A stretch of DNA of 18,021 nucleotides from Fidelibacterota bacterium (GTDB taxonomy: Bacteria; Fidelibacterota; Marinisomatia; Marinisomatales; S15-B10): NCBI GenBank assembly GCA_046861655.1, contig JBHIAI010000026.1, forward strand, positions 1-18,021. The letters are read 5' to 3'. The notes beneath the pieces are model-generated. The model made no database searches. It worked only from the letters and a program-made list of their open reading frames with translations, and was not told where the DNA came from. This document shows, piece by piece, positions 16,618-18,021 of the stretch (its first letter is position 1; every line of letters starts with the position of its first letter). A program made the translations under genes and the position numbers.

Positions 16618-17860
16618 CCTGAGAAAAAAGGTTGTCATTACCGGTATGGGGGTAGTCTCTCCCGTGGGTAACGGCGTGCGGAACTTCTGGGATGCTCTCT
16701 GTTCCGGAAAAAGCGGAATTCGCTCCGTGAGCAAGTTCGATTCCGACGGATATCAGGTAAGAATAGGGGGTGAAGTGAGGGATCTCCATCCGGAGGAGTA
16801 TCTGGAAAAGAAGGAACTGAACCGGCTGGACGATTTCACCGTATACGCTCTCGTTGCCGCCCAGGAGGCCCTTGAGGACGCAGGACTATCGGACGGCATA
16901 CCGGACATGGACCGGTTCGGTGTCATCGCGGGCTCCGGTGTGGGAGGAATCGCCACAATGGAGGAACAGAATAGACGGCTGGTGAAGCGAGGACCCCGAG
17001 GCGTTTCGCCCTACTTCATTCCCATGTACATCGCAGATATCGCGCCCGGCCACATTTCCATGAAGTGGGGTATGAAGGGTCCCAACTACAGCGTGGTGTC
17101 GGCCTGTTCTTCCGCCAGTCACGCCATCGGAGACGCTCTAAGGCTGATTCAGTACGGGGATGCCGATGTGATGCTGGCAGGGGGAAGCGAAGCCGCCGTT
17201 ACCCCTCTTGCCTACGCCGGCTTCATCAATATGAGAGCCCTGTCCAAGCGTAACGACCAGCCCGAGAAAGCATCCCGGCCCTTTGACGCCGACAGGGACG
17301 GGTTCGTCCTGGGCGAAGGGGCCGGTCTTTTGGTCCTGGAATCCTCCGATCATGCCCTTGCCAGGGGGGCCACAATCTATGGAGAACTGGCCGGCTACGG
17401 CGCCACCGCCGATGCTTACCACGTTACTGCCCCTGCACCGAAAGGGGAAGGTGCCGCCCGGGCGATGGGGAGGGCGATCCGGGACGCGGGGATCCGGCCG
17501 GAACAGGTAGATTATATCAACGCCCACGGGACATCAACACCGTACAACGATAAGACGGAAACGGAGGCTATCAAAACAGTCTTCGGGGACGCCGCCAATC
17601 GGGTAAGAATCAGTTCCACCAAGTCCATGACGGGCCATCTTCTGGGGGCCAGTGGCGGAATCGAGGCTATCGCAACCATCCTGGCGATCAACCATGGCAC
17701 CATTCCCCCCACCATCAACTATGAGACCCCCGATCCGGAATGTGACCTCAATTATACCCCAAACGAAGCCGCCCCTGCTGAGGTGAACCTGGCCATGTCC
17801 AACACGTTCGGGTTCGGGGGCCACAACGCCGTGCTGGTCATCAAACGGTGGGAGATGTAA
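16610..17860 (+). CDS. fabF: 3-oxoacyl-ACP synthase II
   Basis: [19 protein letters not shown] (Cys), [25 protein letters not shown] (His), [10 protein letters not shown] (His), [10 protein letters not shown]. Confidence 0.97.
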   Translation: MNSLRKKVVITGMGVVSPVGNGVRNFWDALCSGKSGIRSVSKFDSDGYQVRIGGEVRDLHPEEYLEKKELNRLDDFTVYALVAAQEALEDAGLSDGIPDMDRFGVIAGSGVGGIATMEEQNRRLVKRGPRGVSPYFIPMYIADIAPGHISMKWGMKGPNYSVVSACSSASHAIGDALRLIQYGDADVMLAGGSEAAVTPLAYAGFINMRALSKRNDQPEKASRPFDADRDGFVLGEGAGLLVLESSDHALARGATIYGELAGYGATADAYHVTAPAPKGEGAARAMGRAIRDAGIRPEQVDYINAHGTSTPYNDKTETEAIKTVFGDAANRVRISSTKSMTGHLLGASGGIEAIATILAINHGTIPPTINYETPDPECDLNYTPNEAAPAEVNLAMSNTFGFGGHNAVLVIKRWEM

Positions 17861-17875
17861 ACCACCGGCCCATCG

Positions 17876-18021
17876 TTGCGACAGTTCCTCAGACGTCTGA
17901 ACTGGCGTTTCCTTAGACGAGAACCCAACCTGACTCAACTGCAAACGTCCCTGGGTTACTTCTTTACCGATAAGAATCTTCTCAGCCATGATAAATCTTT
18001 CCCTTCTATCCCGCTTCTATG
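17876..18021 (+). CDS. rnc: Ribonuclease III, N-terminal fragment (cut by the window end)
   Basis: Frame from TTG17876 reads ...LTQLQTSLGYFFTDKNLLSH, matching the RNase III N-terminal LGYxFxDxxLL pattern. rnc often follows fabF. The expected ALTH motif is absent after 17990 and the start codon is uncertain. Confidence 0.6.
   Translation, partial: MRQFLRRLNWRFLRREPNLTQLQTSLGYFFTDKNLLSHDKSFPSIPLL

Overview
A GC-rich bacterial chromosomal window; gene order and promoter style suggest the FCB group, possibly Marinimicrobia-like (inference only). Apart from a minus-strand tRNA-Ala(CGC) at the left edge, all credible genes are on the + strand, in three blocks. (1) A small accessory block: an FKBP-type PPIase with a lipoprotein signal, a membrane protein, an AlkD-like DNA alkylation repair protein, a glutaredoxin-like gene missed by the ORF track (UGA at the first Cys position of CxxC plus a SECIS-like hairpin, so a probable selenoprotein), an AAMDC/Mth938 protein and a 164-bp element with 25-bp perfect inverted repeats. 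(2) A tightly coupled operon: pruA, a COG2403 P-loop protein (probable arginine synthetase ArcE), arcC, sucC, sucD, ndk, a SPOR lipoprotein and a membrane protein, closed by an intrinsic terminator. (3) The conserved yceD-rpmF-plsX-fabH-fabD-fabG-acpP-fabF cluster, followed by the start of rnc, which appears to lose homology in the last 31 nt. The most interesting items are the hidden selenoprotein and the arginine-synthetase/substrate-level phosphorylation operon.
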